DNA of 35,562 nt from an uncultured Oscillospiraceae bacterium (lineage in GTDB: Bacteria; Bacillota; Clostridia; Christensenellales; CAG-138), in the NCBI GenBank assembly GCA_964655605.1, contig CAZZNN010000002.1, positions 1,172 through 36,733 on the forward strand, written 5' to 3'. Both the position numbers and the translations under genes were made by a program. Below the pieces are notes generated by a model, which was not told where the DNA came from, made no database searches, and was given only the letters and a program-made list of their open reading frames with translations. Positions 25,934 through 34,361 of the stretch are shown one piece after another (within the stretch, counting starts at the first letter, position 1; the number at the start of each line of letters is the position of its first letter).

Positions 25934-26007
25934 CATATTCTTCTATCGTTTTTGCGGATAGCAATCAGGCCGGGCGCGCATATTTAGCAAAAAGGAGTTT
26001 TTATTCA

Positions 26008-26190
26008 ATGAAATGCTGTGATTTAAATGAGAGCGCACAATTTACCGAGGATACCTTCTTCGCCAAAAGAAATGTCATAAGTCCCGCCGATTGCACAGGT
26101 CTCGTTCCGGGCGCAATACAGGACGAACAGGAGGCCATAGCCTATGGCGAGCTTGGCGCGATACACACGCCCAAGCCAAACAAGCATTAA
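26008..26190 (+). CDS. Hypothetical 60-aa protein, divergent from the ger operon
   Basis: Internal ATG 26008 is preceded by AAAGGAG at a 9-nt spacing. Sequence: MKCCDLNESAQFTEDTFFAKRNVISPADCTGLVPGAIQDEQEAIAYGELGAIHTPKPNKH. It has no TM helix, and I recognise no family. Confidence 0.5.
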   Translation: MKCCDLNESAQFTEDTFFAKRNVISPADCTGLVPGAIQDEQEAIAYGELGAIHTPKPNKH

Positions 26191-27056
26191 GGCTCATTTG
26201 TCAGGGTGCCCGCCTGTTGAAAAGGCTTGCCGATAAGTTCAAGCTTGCCCTGCTTTAGCTGCCAATAGCTGCTTATTTCAGCAGAGTTTATATCCACGTT
26301 CAGATACGACGGGTCGTACAAAGCTAAATCCGGCGCGTCGCTCTGGCTTGCGTCGAACTCAAGTACTGGCTGCGTAAAGCTTAACGTTGCAAGCGAAATG
26401 CTTTCGCCGCTTATTTCAGCCACGGCGCCCTCGCCGGAAACATCTGCCGCAATCCGATAGCCCTCGTCGGTTTTCACTATAGCGCAGCAGGAATATCCGC
26501 GCGCCTCGCTTCCCATCACATAAACTATTGATTTTTCGGTGAATATGCCATATAGGCTCGTCCCGTCCTGATAGGAAAAACGCATTGTATAGCTTGAGTC
26601 GCCGGAAGCTTTTTGAAGCGTGCCGCTTCCGTTCGCTGCGCCCACGACCGAGCCATTGTAAATGCCTAAGCTATCATAGGTCAATCTGCCTATGGACACA
26701 TGCGCCGCGCGTATCATTATATTCATGCGCTCCAGCGCCGCTTTTGCAATATGCTGCGCCGCCTTGCCTGAGCTTGTTAACGCTTTTCCCATGTCGGCTA
26801 TTTGCTGATGTGTTTTTGCGTCAAACTCGGCATAGAACACTAGCAGCGGATTAAGCGTTTCATCTGGCGGAGTTTGTGTAGGCAACACTGCCGCAGTGGG
26901 TACGGGCTCATTTGCAGCAGGCTCGTTATCTGTTTCCGTTTCATTTTGAAAAACGGCCGTAAGCCGAGCGCAAGCGCACAAGCCCATAAGCATAACGCCT
27001 GCAAGAAAAGCGGCCAACGCTCTTATAACGCTTTGTTTAGCATGCCTGTTTGTCAT
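26187..27056 (-). CDS. Hypothetical lipoprotein
   Basis: The internal start MTNRHAKQSVIRALAAFLAGVMLMGLCAC at 27056 is preceded by GGAGA. The N-terminal extension in the track (to 27185) is Cys/Gly/Arg-rich and not protein-like. Confidence 0.7.
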   Translation of the reverse strand: MTNRHAKQSVIRALAAFLAGVMLMGLCACARLTAVFQNETETDNEPAANEPVPTAAVLPTQTPPDETLNPLLVFYAEFDAKTHQQIADMGKALTSSGKAAQHIAKAALERMNIMIRAAHVSIGRLTYDSLGIYNGSVVGAANGSGTLQKASGDSSYTMRFSYQDGTSLYGIFTEKSIVYVMGSEARGYSCCAIVKTDEGYRIAADVSGEGAVAEISGESISLATLSFTQPVLEFDASQSDAPDLALYDPSYLNVDINSAEISSYWQLKQGKLELIGKPFQQAGTLTNEP

Positions 27057-27187
27057 CTGTTCTCCATCACCTTCAACGAATACACAATACTCCCTGCGCG
27101 CTTTAGCGCCATAGGCGCCTATCGCTCCGCTGCCGCGCGGCCATTCATCACTTATGCGTATGTAACCCGCGCACAGCCAGCACATTT

Positions 27188-29566
27188 CTATTCGATCTCA
27201 ATTTTCCCGTTCACAAGCTTTATTGACACCCTCGTCCCCGCCACAGTGCTCGAGCGAAGCAATATATCGCTCAAGGGATCCTCTATATATCTTGCTATAT
27301 TGCGGCGCAAAGGCCTTGCTCCCATATCCTTCCGTTCTAAACCCGCCAGCCATTGGCAAACACAAGAGTCTGCCTCAAGCTCGACCCCCTGCTTTTCAAG
27401 CCTTTTCGCTAAATCTTTAAGCATATTTGCCGCTATCGCCGCAAGGTCGCCTTTTGTAAGCTCATTAAACAAGATTATTTCATCTATCCTGTTTACAAGC
27501 TCAGGCCGCATCGACTTTTTTAGCTTGTCTAGCGCCGCTGTGCGTTTGCCCTCGTAAGCGCCATCATTTGAGCCAAACCCTACTGCGCCGCTTCGTGCCG
27601 CCGCGCCGATATTGCTCGTTAGCACTATCAATGTGTTCTTTAGATTCGCTGTTCGTCCCGATGAATCCGTCAATCTGCCTTCCTCAAGTATTTGTAAAAG
27701 CAGGTTTAGCACATCTTGGTGAGCTTTTTCGACCTCGTCAAAGAGTATGGCGCAATATGGGTTGCGCCTCACGCGCTCGGTGAGCTGCCCGCCGTCAGAA
27801 AAGCCCGCGTAGCCCGGCGGCGCGCCTATTAGCCTGCTTACGCTCTGCGGCTCCATATATTCGCTCATATCAAGCCTTATCAATGCGTTTTTATCGCCAA
27901 AAAGCGTAGCTGCAAGCGCCTTTGCAAGCTCCGTTTTGCCGCAGCCCACCGGCCCCATAAACAATAGTGAGCCCATGGGCCTTGAAGCGTCGCCAAGGCC
28001 CGCTCTGGCGCGTTTGAGCGCTCTTGTTGCCGCACTAATCGCCTCGTCTTGCCCTATTATGTGCTTTTTAAGCGAAGTCTCAAGTGCAAGCAGCCGTTCA
28101 TGCTCAGATACGTCGATTACTCCGGCGGGAATACCCGTCCATTCCTTTACCACCTGCGCTATATCGTCGCGTTCTACCCTTGCCGCTGCTTCGCGCCTGC
28201 TCGCGACCCTTTTAAAAGCTCTTTCTTTATCGCGCAGCAATATCGCCTTTTCATAGTCCTGCGTTTCTATAGCTTCCGCCTTTTCACGCCGGAGCGCATC
28301 TAACTCATCTATTTTAGCTCCATCGATATTTGCGGTCTGCATGCGCATAGAAACCTTGCTCGCGGCCTCATCAAGAAGGTCGAGCGCCTTATCAGGCAGC
28401 TTTCTATCCTGAATATATTTTGCGGACAGCTCGACCGCCGCGCTTAGCGCCTCATCGCTTATCGTCAGGCCGTGGTGCGCTTCATAGCGCGGTCTTAGCC
28501 CGAAAAGTATCTGCATAGCTTCCGCTTCGGTAGGCTCGCTTATTAGCACAGGCTGAAATCGTCTTTCGAGCGCGGCGTCTTTTTCTATGGTTTTCTTATA
28601 TTCATCTATGGTAGTCGCGCCTATCAGGCGGAGTTCTCCACGCGCCAATGCGGGTTTTAGCATGTTGGCGGCGTCTAAAGCGCCCTCGGACGCGCCCGTT
28701 CCCACTATCCCGTGTATTTCGTCGATAAAAAGGATAATGCTCGCATCTGCAACCGCTTCGCTTATAATGTTTTGAAGCCGCTCCTCAAAGTCGCCGCGAT
28801 ATTTTGTTCCCGCTATCACGGAGCCCATATCGATTGAAATTATCCGCTTGCCTAAAAGCGGCCCCGGAACGCCGCCTGACGCTATGCTTTGCGCAAGACC
28901 CTCCACAACGGCGCTCTTGCCAACGCCCGGCTCGCCTATCAGAATTGGGTTGTTCTTATTTCTTCTTAATAGGATCTGAATAACTCTTGACAGCTCCTGC
29001 TCACGGCCTATCACAGGGTCTAGTAGATGGCTCTCGGCGCGCCGCGAAATATCTATTCCGCATTCAAGCAGCGTAGGAGTTGCACCGGCGGCATTAGCCG
29101 TCTTGCTCGCATTTGAGCTTACGGTTTCGCATTCGGCTTCAACACGCAGAATTGATTTCAGCTTAGTAACATCTGCGCCAAGCTCCTCAAGCATATCGCT
29201 TACGCCAGACTCTTTTTCGCAGATGAGCGTCAGTAAAATATGTTCCGTGCCCGTTTTATTCGCCCTGGCCGAACGCGCCTCGTATGCGCTCAGCTCTAAT
29301 ATTCTCCTTATATACGGAGTAAACCCAAAACTGGTTGTAAATTTCTCGCTCTTTTCACTCTCATTTAAGCGTGCATGAGCAAGCACGGCGTTGTAATCAA
29401 CGCAGCACTTTGCCAAAGCTCGCGCGGCTCTGCCCGTCTCGGCACGCATGAGCCCCAGCAGCAGATTTACGCAGCTAACGCCGTTTTGTTCTAATTCGCG
29501 GGCGCAATCCTGCGCGCACGCAAGCGCAAGTCTTGCGTTTTGAGTATATCTTTCAAGATTCTCCAT
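27188..29566 (-). CDS. clpC: ATP-dependent Clp protease ATP-binding subunit ClpC (class I AAA+)
   Basis: Clp_N repeats at the N-terminus. Walker A motifs [15 protein letters not shown] and [18 protein letters not shown]-like linker [18 protein letters not shown] and ClpP-docking loop GAVGFG. ATG 29566 is preceded by GGAGA. Confidence 0.9.
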   Translation of the reverse strand: MENLERYTQNARLALACAQDCARELEQNGVSCVNLLLGLMRAETGRAARALAKCCVDYNAVLAHARLNESEKSEKFTTSFGFTPYIRRILELSAYEARSARANKTGTEHILLTLICEKESGVSDMLEELGADVTKLKSILRVEAECETVSSNASKTANAAGATPTLLECGIDISRRAESHLLDPVIGREQELSRVIQILLRRNKNNPILIGEPGVGKSAVVEGLAQSIASGGVPGPLLGKRIISIDMGSVIAGTKYRGDFEERLQNIISEAVADASIILFIDEIHGIVGTGASEGALDAANMLKPALARGELRLIGATTIDEYKKTIEKDAALERRFQPVLISEPTEAEAMQILFGLRPRYEAHHGLTISDEALSAAVELSAKYIQDRKLPDKALDLLDEAASKVSMRMQTANIDGAKIDELDALRREKAEAIETQDYEKAILLRDKERAFKRVASRREAAARVERDDIAQVVKEWTGIPAGVIDVSEHERLLALETSLKKHIIGQDEAISAATRALKRARAGLGDASRPMGSLLFMGPVGCGKTELAKALAATLFGDKNALIRLDMSEYMEPQSVSRLIGAPPGYAGFSDGGQLTERVRRNPYCAILFDEVEKAHQDVLNLLLQILEEGRLTDSSGRTANLKNTLIVLTSNIGAAARSGAVGFGSNDGAYEGKRTAALDKLKKSMRPELVNRIDEIILFNELTKGDLAAIAANMLKDLAKRLEKQGVELEADSCVCQWLAGLERKDMGARPLRRNIARYIEDPLSDILLRSSTVAGTRVSIKLVNGKIEIE

Positions 29567-29599
29567 CAAAATCTCCACATGCGAAAAGTCGATGTATTT

Positions 29600-29628
29600 A
29601 TGTTATCGCGGTTGGGACATTGAGTCAA
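29600..29628 (-). promoter_or_regulatory. Candidate sigma-A promoter for clpC
   Basis: On the minus strand: TTGACT (29628-29623), 17-nt spacer, TAACAT (29605-29600). Confidence 0.45.
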
Positions 29629-29684
29629 GGAATAATCAACGCGAGAATATTTTATATGAAGACAAAAAAATCTTAAAAAAGGGC

Positions 29685-29713
29685 TTGCAAAAATAGAACC
29701 GCTGTTGTAGAAT
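29685..29713 (+). promoter_or_regulatory. Sigma-A promoter for tRNA-Asn with upstream A-tracts (UP-element-like)
   Basis: TTGCAA (29685-29690), 17-nt spacer, TAGAAT (29708-29713). It is preceded by gacAAAAAAAtcttAAAAAAggg, and the tRNA starts 15 nt downstream. Confidence 0.6.
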
Positions 29714-29727
29714 AACACTCGTGCCAT

Positions 29728-29803
29728 TCCTCCTTAGCTCAGTCGGTAGAGCATGCGGCTGTTAACCGCAGTGTCGTTGGTTCGAGTCCAACAGGGGGAG
29801 CCA
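29728..29803 (+). tRNA. tRNA-Asn (anticodon GTT) with encoded CCA
   Basis: Cloverleaf folded by hand. Acceptor stem TCCTCCT/AGGGGGA with one G-U pair. D arm GCTC-AGTCGGTA-GAGC. Anticodon arm TGCGG-CTGTTAA-CCGCA. T arm GTTGG-TTCGAGT-CCAAC. Discriminator G followed by CCA. Confidence 0.92.
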
Positions 29804-29805
29804 TG

Positions 29806-29842
29806 AAGCGGACTTTCTCAAATCGAGAAAGTCCGCTTTTCC
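29806..29842 (+). terminator. Rho-independent terminator of tRNA-Asn
   Basis: 14-bp perfect stem: AAGCGGACTTTCTC (29806-29819) pairs with GAGAAAGTCCGCTT (29825-29838), with loop AAATC, followed by TTCCTT. Confidence 0.8.
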
Positions 29843-30356
29843 TTATGTCAAGAGTTTTTACAGATTTTCGGCGTGACGAGAAATCAGCTTGAATTACCTC
29901 CAGTTATGTGTTATTCCCATCACTATTCCCAACGTTGCAAAGGGTTGAATATGCCCTTTATCCCAACTCATGTGTCTTTTGTTAGCTCTTTTACCACCGT
30001 ATGATGCTCACCCGTTGCCACGAGGTAGACCAAAACTTCGTTCATGGAATTCAATGCAAAGTTCGACCAATTCCACCCAACAAATATCAGCGCCACCCCA
30101 AGCAGCGCGAGGGCAATAAAGCAAATGATGCCATTATATCACTAAAAACGCAAACCGCCAGCTAATCTGTTATCGCAAGATTTTTTGACTTTTAGAAGCA
30201 ATCCACTCAAAATAAGCCAGCGCTTGTCACGGCGCATAAAAAGCGGCTTTCTGCGCACAAAAGAGCCATCAGGCCAGTTCACAAAATTAGTGCAAAAACA
30301 TCAAGAATATTATATTATTCTATTGATTAAACTAATCGAAAGTGAGGACGGCTAAT

Positions 30357-31127
30357 ATGATGAAGCTGACGGTGCTCGGCAAATACGGCCCATTCCCATA
30401 TCCCGGCGGCGCATGCTCAGGATATTTGGTTGAAAGCGGCAATATAAGAATAGTCTTGGACATGGGCAGCGGCACGCTCTCGCGGCTTCTTTCGGTTATA
30501 CCATCATTTAATATAGACGCAATACTCCTTTCGCATCTGCACAGCGATCATTGCGCCGATATGTTCATTTTGCGCTACATGCTGGAGCAAACAAAGATAC
30601 GGGAGCGCGGCGGAATACATCTTCCCATTTCCGTTGTATCGCCAATTACGCCGGAATATGAATACCGTCAGCTATCCGCTTCCGGCGTATTCGATATAAC
30701 CGCCGCCAGCGACGGGCGCAAAATGAAAATAGGCGATATGTCTATATCGATGTACAGAACCATGCACCCCGTACCAACTTACGCCTATCTTTTGGAGCAT
30801 GATGGACGGAGTCTATTTTATACCGGTGACACCGGTTATTTTGACAGGTTGACGGAATATGCCGCAAACGCCAGCCTTCTGCTGGCTGACACATGCTTCC
30901 TTTCCGCTGACAAGACCACCGAAACCGCTCCGCATTTAACCGCATACGAAGCTGGCCGTCTTGCGCGCGACGCCAACGTTAATAAGCTTATATGCACGCA
31001 TATATGGGGCGGCGGCTACAGCGACGAGCAGGTGCTCCTTGAAGCGCGCCAAGCCTTCGACCGCGCTATTGCTGCCACGGAAATGCAGTCATACAACGTG
31101 CTAAACGTTAACCCTTACGCTATTTAG
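30357..31127 (+). CDS. MBL-fold metallo-hydrolase (RNase Z / beta-lactamase-superfamily-like), cytoplasmic
   Basis: LSHLHSDHCADM (HxHxDH) and later TGDTG and CTH motifs. The start MMKLTVLG is at 30357; the track start is GTG 30342. Confidence 0.8.
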   Translation: MMKLTVLGKYGPFPYPGGACSGYLVESGNIRIVLDMGSGTLSRLLSVIPSFNIDAILLSHLHSDHCADMFILRYMLEQTKIRERGGIHLPISVVSPITPEYEYRQLSASGVFDITAASDGRKMKIGDMSISMYRTMHPVPTYAYLLEHDGRSLFYTGDTGYFDRLTEYAANASLLLADTCFLSADKTTETAPHLTAYEAGRLARDANVNKLICTHIWGGGYSDEQVLLEARQAFDRAIAATEMQSYNVLNVNPYAI

Positions 31128-31156
31128 TTGCAAAGTGAATATATCCGCGTTAAATA
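31128..31156 (+). promoter_or_regulatory. Candidate sigma-A promoter for the lipoprotein-MBOAT-DHHW cluster
   Basis: TTGCAA (31128-31133), 17-nt spacer, TAAATA (31151-31156). It lies about 70 nt upstream of ATG 31228. Confidence 0.3.
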
Positions 31157-31227
31157 GTTCAAACTCTAATGGAACCTTTATGTGCGTATGGACGTTATTT
31201 TAGCGAAGAACCACAAAGGAGAGAAAA

Positions 31228-31707
31228 ATGAGAAAGCCAATAATGATTTTTTTGATACTGCTGCTGCTTGCGGCAACGTTTGGCTGCGCCGCAAATAACG
31301 CAACGGGCTCGCAAGCCTCGGCGCTAGACAGTCTTACGCTTGAGGAAATAATGGGCAAGCTGCTCGATGGCGTGAGCGACCTTCCAAGCTCGCAAAACAC
31401 CGCGCTTACCTCGGACAATTTTGAAACCTTTGCTTTTATTCCCATGCCTGAGGATTCTCAAGGGCTCGTATCCGAGGGAATGATAAGCGCCATTGCCCAT
31501 TCGGTCGTGCTTGTGCGTGCCAAGGACGACGCCTCCGCCTCAACGATTGCCGATGAAATGCGCGCCAACGCCAATCCTTCAAAGTGGATATGCGTCACTG
31601 CCGAAAAAACCGAGGTTTTGCAGGCCGGAAGGCTCGTTGTGCTGGTGATGTCATTTGAAACAACCGCAAACGCTATAATAGACAACTTCACAGAACTGAC
31701 TAAATAA
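31228..31707 (+). CDS. Small lipoprotein, DUF4358-like
   Basis: Lipobox ATFGC and RBS AAAGGAGAG. The pattern SLTLEEIMGKLL...HSVVLVRAKDDASASTIADEMRANANPSKWICV...GRLVVLVMS matches my recollection of DUF4358 lipoproteins. Confidence 0.65.
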   Translation: MRKPIMIFLILLLLAATFGCAANNATGSQASALDSLTLEEIMGKLLDGVSDLPSSQNTALTSDNFETFAFIPMPEDSQGLVSEGMISAIAHSVVLVRAKDDASASTIADEMRANANPSKWICVTAEKTEVLQAGRLVVLVMSFETTANAIIDNFTELTK

Positions 31708-31720
31708 ACAACACAGTTAT

Positions 31721-31745
31721 GGGGAACGGCGAAACGCCGCTCCCC
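31721..31745 (+). terminator. Hairpin after the lipoprotein gene; a possible weak terminator or attenuator with no U-tract
   Basis: GGGGAACGGCG-AAA-CGCCGCTCCCC, an 11-bp stem with one A:C mismatch. A second hairpin, GCAGGAGAG...CTCTCCTGC, follows at 31752-31786. Confidence 0.35.
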
Positions 31746-31811
31746 TATAGCGCAGGAGAGTCGAGCCCATACGCCGGCTCTCCTGCACTATACCGTTTCC
31801 GGGGGTGAAAA

Positions 31812-33221
31812 ATGCTTTTTTCGAGCATAACGTTTCTATATATTTTTCTGCCCATAACACTCGCCGCGTACTTTGTCGCGCCAAAAAAGCTGCGCAATAT
31901 CGTACTTTTACTGGCAAGCCTTATTTTTTATTTCTGCGGAGAACCCAAATATGTGCTACTGCTAGTTTTTTCAAGCGTATCCGACTGGCTGCACAGCCTG
32001 TTTATAGAAAAGTATCGCGGCGATAAAAAGGCTAAAGCGCTGCTTATATCAAGCATAACCATTAACCTTTTGATGCTCGGTTTCTTCAAATATTCCGATT
32101 TCCTTATAGGCGCGTTTAACGGCATAACAGGCGCTTCCATACCGCTCACGAACGTGCCGCTTCCGATAGGTATATCCTTTTATACCTTCCAAACCATGAG
32201 CTACACGATAGACGTTTATCGCGGCAAGGCGCACGCGGAGCGCTCCCTTTTAAGCTTTGCCACGTTCGTGTGTTTGTTTCCGCAGCTCATTGCCGGGCCT
32301 ATTGTGCGATACACCGATATTTCAAACGAGCTTGAAAACCGTTGGAAATCATATTCCATACACGACGCGGGCACAGGAGTGCGCCGCTTCATCATAGGGC
32401 TTGGCAAAAAAGTGCTGCTTGCAAACGCGTTTGGCGAGGTTTGCGCGGCATTCAAGGCCACCAGCGAGCCAAGCGTGTTATACGCATGGATATACGCGCT
32501 GAGCTTTATGCTTCAGGTCTATTTTGATTTTTCGGGCTACAGCGATATGGCGATAGGGCTTGGGCGTATGCTGGGCTTTGTTTTCCCCGAAAACTTCAAC
32601 TATCCCTATATATCAAAAAGCGTGAGCGAATTTTGGCGTAGGTGGCATATAACGCTTGGAAGCTGGTTTCGCGACTATGTATATATCCCCCTCGGCGGCA
32701 ATCGCGTATCAAAATTCAAGCTCATAAGGAATATAACCGTGGTGTGGTGCTTAACAGGGCTTTGGCACGGCGCGGCGTGGAATTTCGTTGTTTGGGGCGC
32801 ATACTATGCAATACTGCTCACGCTTGAAAAGCTATTCCTTGGCAAATGGCTTGAGCGCGCCGGCGCTTTTGCGGCACATGCGTACACAGTATTCGCGGTG
32901 ATGATAAGCTTTGTTATATTCAACGCTGACTCGCTCTTAGGCGCGTTATGCGACATAGCCATGATGTTCGGTGCGAACAATGTGCCGCTAATATCCCAAG
33001 AAGCGCTCTACAATCTTAAAAGCTATGCGCTTCCCCTTGCAATAGGCATATTCGGTGCGCTTCCCACAGTAAGGCGGCTATGGCAGCGAGCCGACGCAAG
33101 CGTATTGGGACGCAAGTGGCTTACGGTGCTTGAGCCCGCCGGAATAGCGCTTATACTCATCGCCTCCACCGCCTATATAATCGACGGTTCGTTCAACCCG
33201 TTTTTATACTTCCGCTTTTGA
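31812..33221 (+). CDS. MBOAT-family membrane O-acyltransferase (AlgI/DltB/PatA-like)
   Basis: MLFSSITFLYIFLPITL start, WRRWHITLGSWFRDYVYIPLGG, and the catalytic-His region GLWHGAAWNFVVWG. Multi-TM protein. RBS is GGGGGTGA. Confidence 0.9.
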   Translation: MLFSSITFLYIFLPITLAAYFVAPKKLRNIVLLLASLIFYFCGEPKYVLLLVFSSVSDWLHSLFIEKYRGDKKAKALLISSITINLLMLGFFKYSDFLIGAFNGITGASIPLTNVPLPIGISFYTFQTMSYTIDVYRGKAHAERSLLSFATFVCLFPQLIAGPIVRYTDISNELENRWKSYSIHDAGTGVRRFIIGLGKKVLLANAFGEVCAAFKATSEPSVLYAWIYALSFMLQVYFDFSGYSDMAIGLGRMLGFVFPENFNYPYISKSVSEFWRRWHITLGSWFRDYVYIPLGGNRVSKFKLIRNITVVWCLTGLWHGAAWNFVVWGAYYAILLTLEKLFLGKWLERAGAFAAHAYTVFAVMISFVIFNADSLLGALCDIAMMFGANNVPLISQEALYNLKSYALPLAIGIFGALPTVRRLWQRADASVLGRKWLTVLEPAGIALILIASTAYIIDGSFNPFLYFRF

Positions 33222-33230
33222 GGTGGCTAA

Positions 33231-34352
33231 ATGCAGAATCATTCTAAAGAATCAAATATTCGCTCAATAGCGACCGTAGCCGTATTCGCGCTGCTCATTT
33301 TTGGGCTTTTTGCGCTGCATGCAGCGTTGCCCGACGGCGAAAGGTCGAAAAGCGAGCGAAGGCTTTTGGCAAAGCAGCCCGTCCTTTCAGCGGACGCGCT
33401 TTTCTCAGGCAAATATTTTTCTGCGCTCGAAAGCTATCTTTTAGACCAGTTTCCTCTGCGGGACGGCTTTCGCTCCGTTAAAGCTGTTATGAATAAATAT
33501 GCATTTATGCGTCTCGATAACAATGGCATATACATCGTGAACGATGCAATTTACAAGCTTGACTCAAAGCTTGACGAAGGTCAGCTAGAAGCGGGCATAA
33601 GCAAGGTGAACAGCATTATAGCCGCGCATGCGCACGATGCTGCGGGCGTCTATGCCTGCGTAATTCCTGATAAGACTTGGTATGCGGCGGGCAATTATCC
33701 GCGTCTTGACTATCCGCTGCTTGCAAGCACGGCGGCTCTAGGCATACCGCAAGCCAAATTTATTGATATTTCAAAAGCCTTGTCAGCGGAGGATTACTAC
33801 CGCACGGACACGCATTGGCAGCAGAATAAGCTGCAGGGCGTGCTTAACGCACTTGCCGCTGATATGGCGCTGCCCGAAGCGCCGCTTGAGTTATCCAATT
33901 ATGCTTCTCACGAGCTATATCCCTTTGAGGGAGTTTATCTAGGGCAATCAGCCCTGCCCATAGCGCCCGATACGTTAACATACCTCACAAGCCCTTATCT
34001 TGACTCCGCAACCGTATGGAGCGTTGAAAAGCCGGATACTCCCCTGCCGCTCTATACGCTTGACAAGTTCACCGCTTCGCTCGACGGTTATGACGTATAT
34101 CTGGACGGCGCTGCCGCACTTTTGAAGATCACGAACGAGCATGCCGCAACGAACCGCTCGCTTATACTCTTTCGCGATTCGTTCGGCTCGTCAATAGCGC
34201 CGCTGCTTGCAAGCGTATACAAAGAAATCACGCTCGTAGACCTCAGATATATTTCAAGCGAGTTGATTGCCGATTACGTTGATTTTAGCGGCGCGGACAT
34301 ATTATTTCTCTATTCTGCGTCAATGTGGAATTCCGCAAAGATATTGAAATAA
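33231..34352 (+). CDS. DHHW-family / AlgJ-AlgX-like SGNH-type extracytoplasmic O-acyltransferase partner
   Basis: N-terminal TM anchor, YYRTDTHW (DxHW motif) and LILFRDSFGSS (SGNH block). It starts 10 nt after the MBOAT stop, with RBS GAGGTGG. Confidence 0.8.
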   Translation: MQNHSKESNIRSIATVAVFALLIFGLFALHAALPDGERSKSERRLLAKQPVLSADALFSGKYFSALESYLLDQFPLRDGFRSVKAVMNKYAFMRLDNNGIYIVNDAIYKLDSKLDEGQLEAGISKVNSIIAAHAHDAAGVYACVIPDKTWYAAGNYPRLDYPLLASTAALGIPQAKFIDISKALSAEDYYRTDTHWQQNKLQGVLNALAADMALPEAPLELSNYASHELYPFEGVYLGQSALPIAPDTLTYLTSPYLDSATVWSVEKPDTPLPLYTLDKFTASLDGYDVYLDGAAALLKITNEHAATNRSLILFRDSFGSSIAPLLASVYKEITLVDLRYISSELIADYVDFSGADILFLYSASMWNSAKILK

Positions 34353-34361
34353 GCGTCTTGT

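Noticed and set aside
27100-27140. GC-rich palindromes ATAGGCGCCTAT and GCCGCGCGGC between clpC and the lipoprotein gene, considered as a regulatory site or terminator
   Set aside because: They are short, have no adjoining U-tract, and are expected by chance in GC-rich spacers. They are mentioned only as context in the clpC finding.
26874-27557. 227-aa plus-strand ORF spanning the lipoprotein start, the intergenic gap and the 3' end of clpC
   Set aside because: It is antisense to two well-supported genes. Its composition is Ser/Arg/Cys-rich and low-complexity, it has no RBS, and it is typical of a shadow ORF in moderately GC-rich DNA.
29579-29680. CtsR operator upstream of clpC
   Set aside because: Only a single imperfect heptad (AGTCAAG) is present and there is no tandem GGTCAAA direct repeat. 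This is not enough to call a site.
29728-30341. Integrated mobile element at tRNA-Asn (attL/attR, integrase)
   Set aside because: There is no integrase, recombinase or phage-like gene anywhere downstream in the window. I found no repeat of the tRNA 3' end by eye. Only the weak remnant-like frame is reported in the findings.
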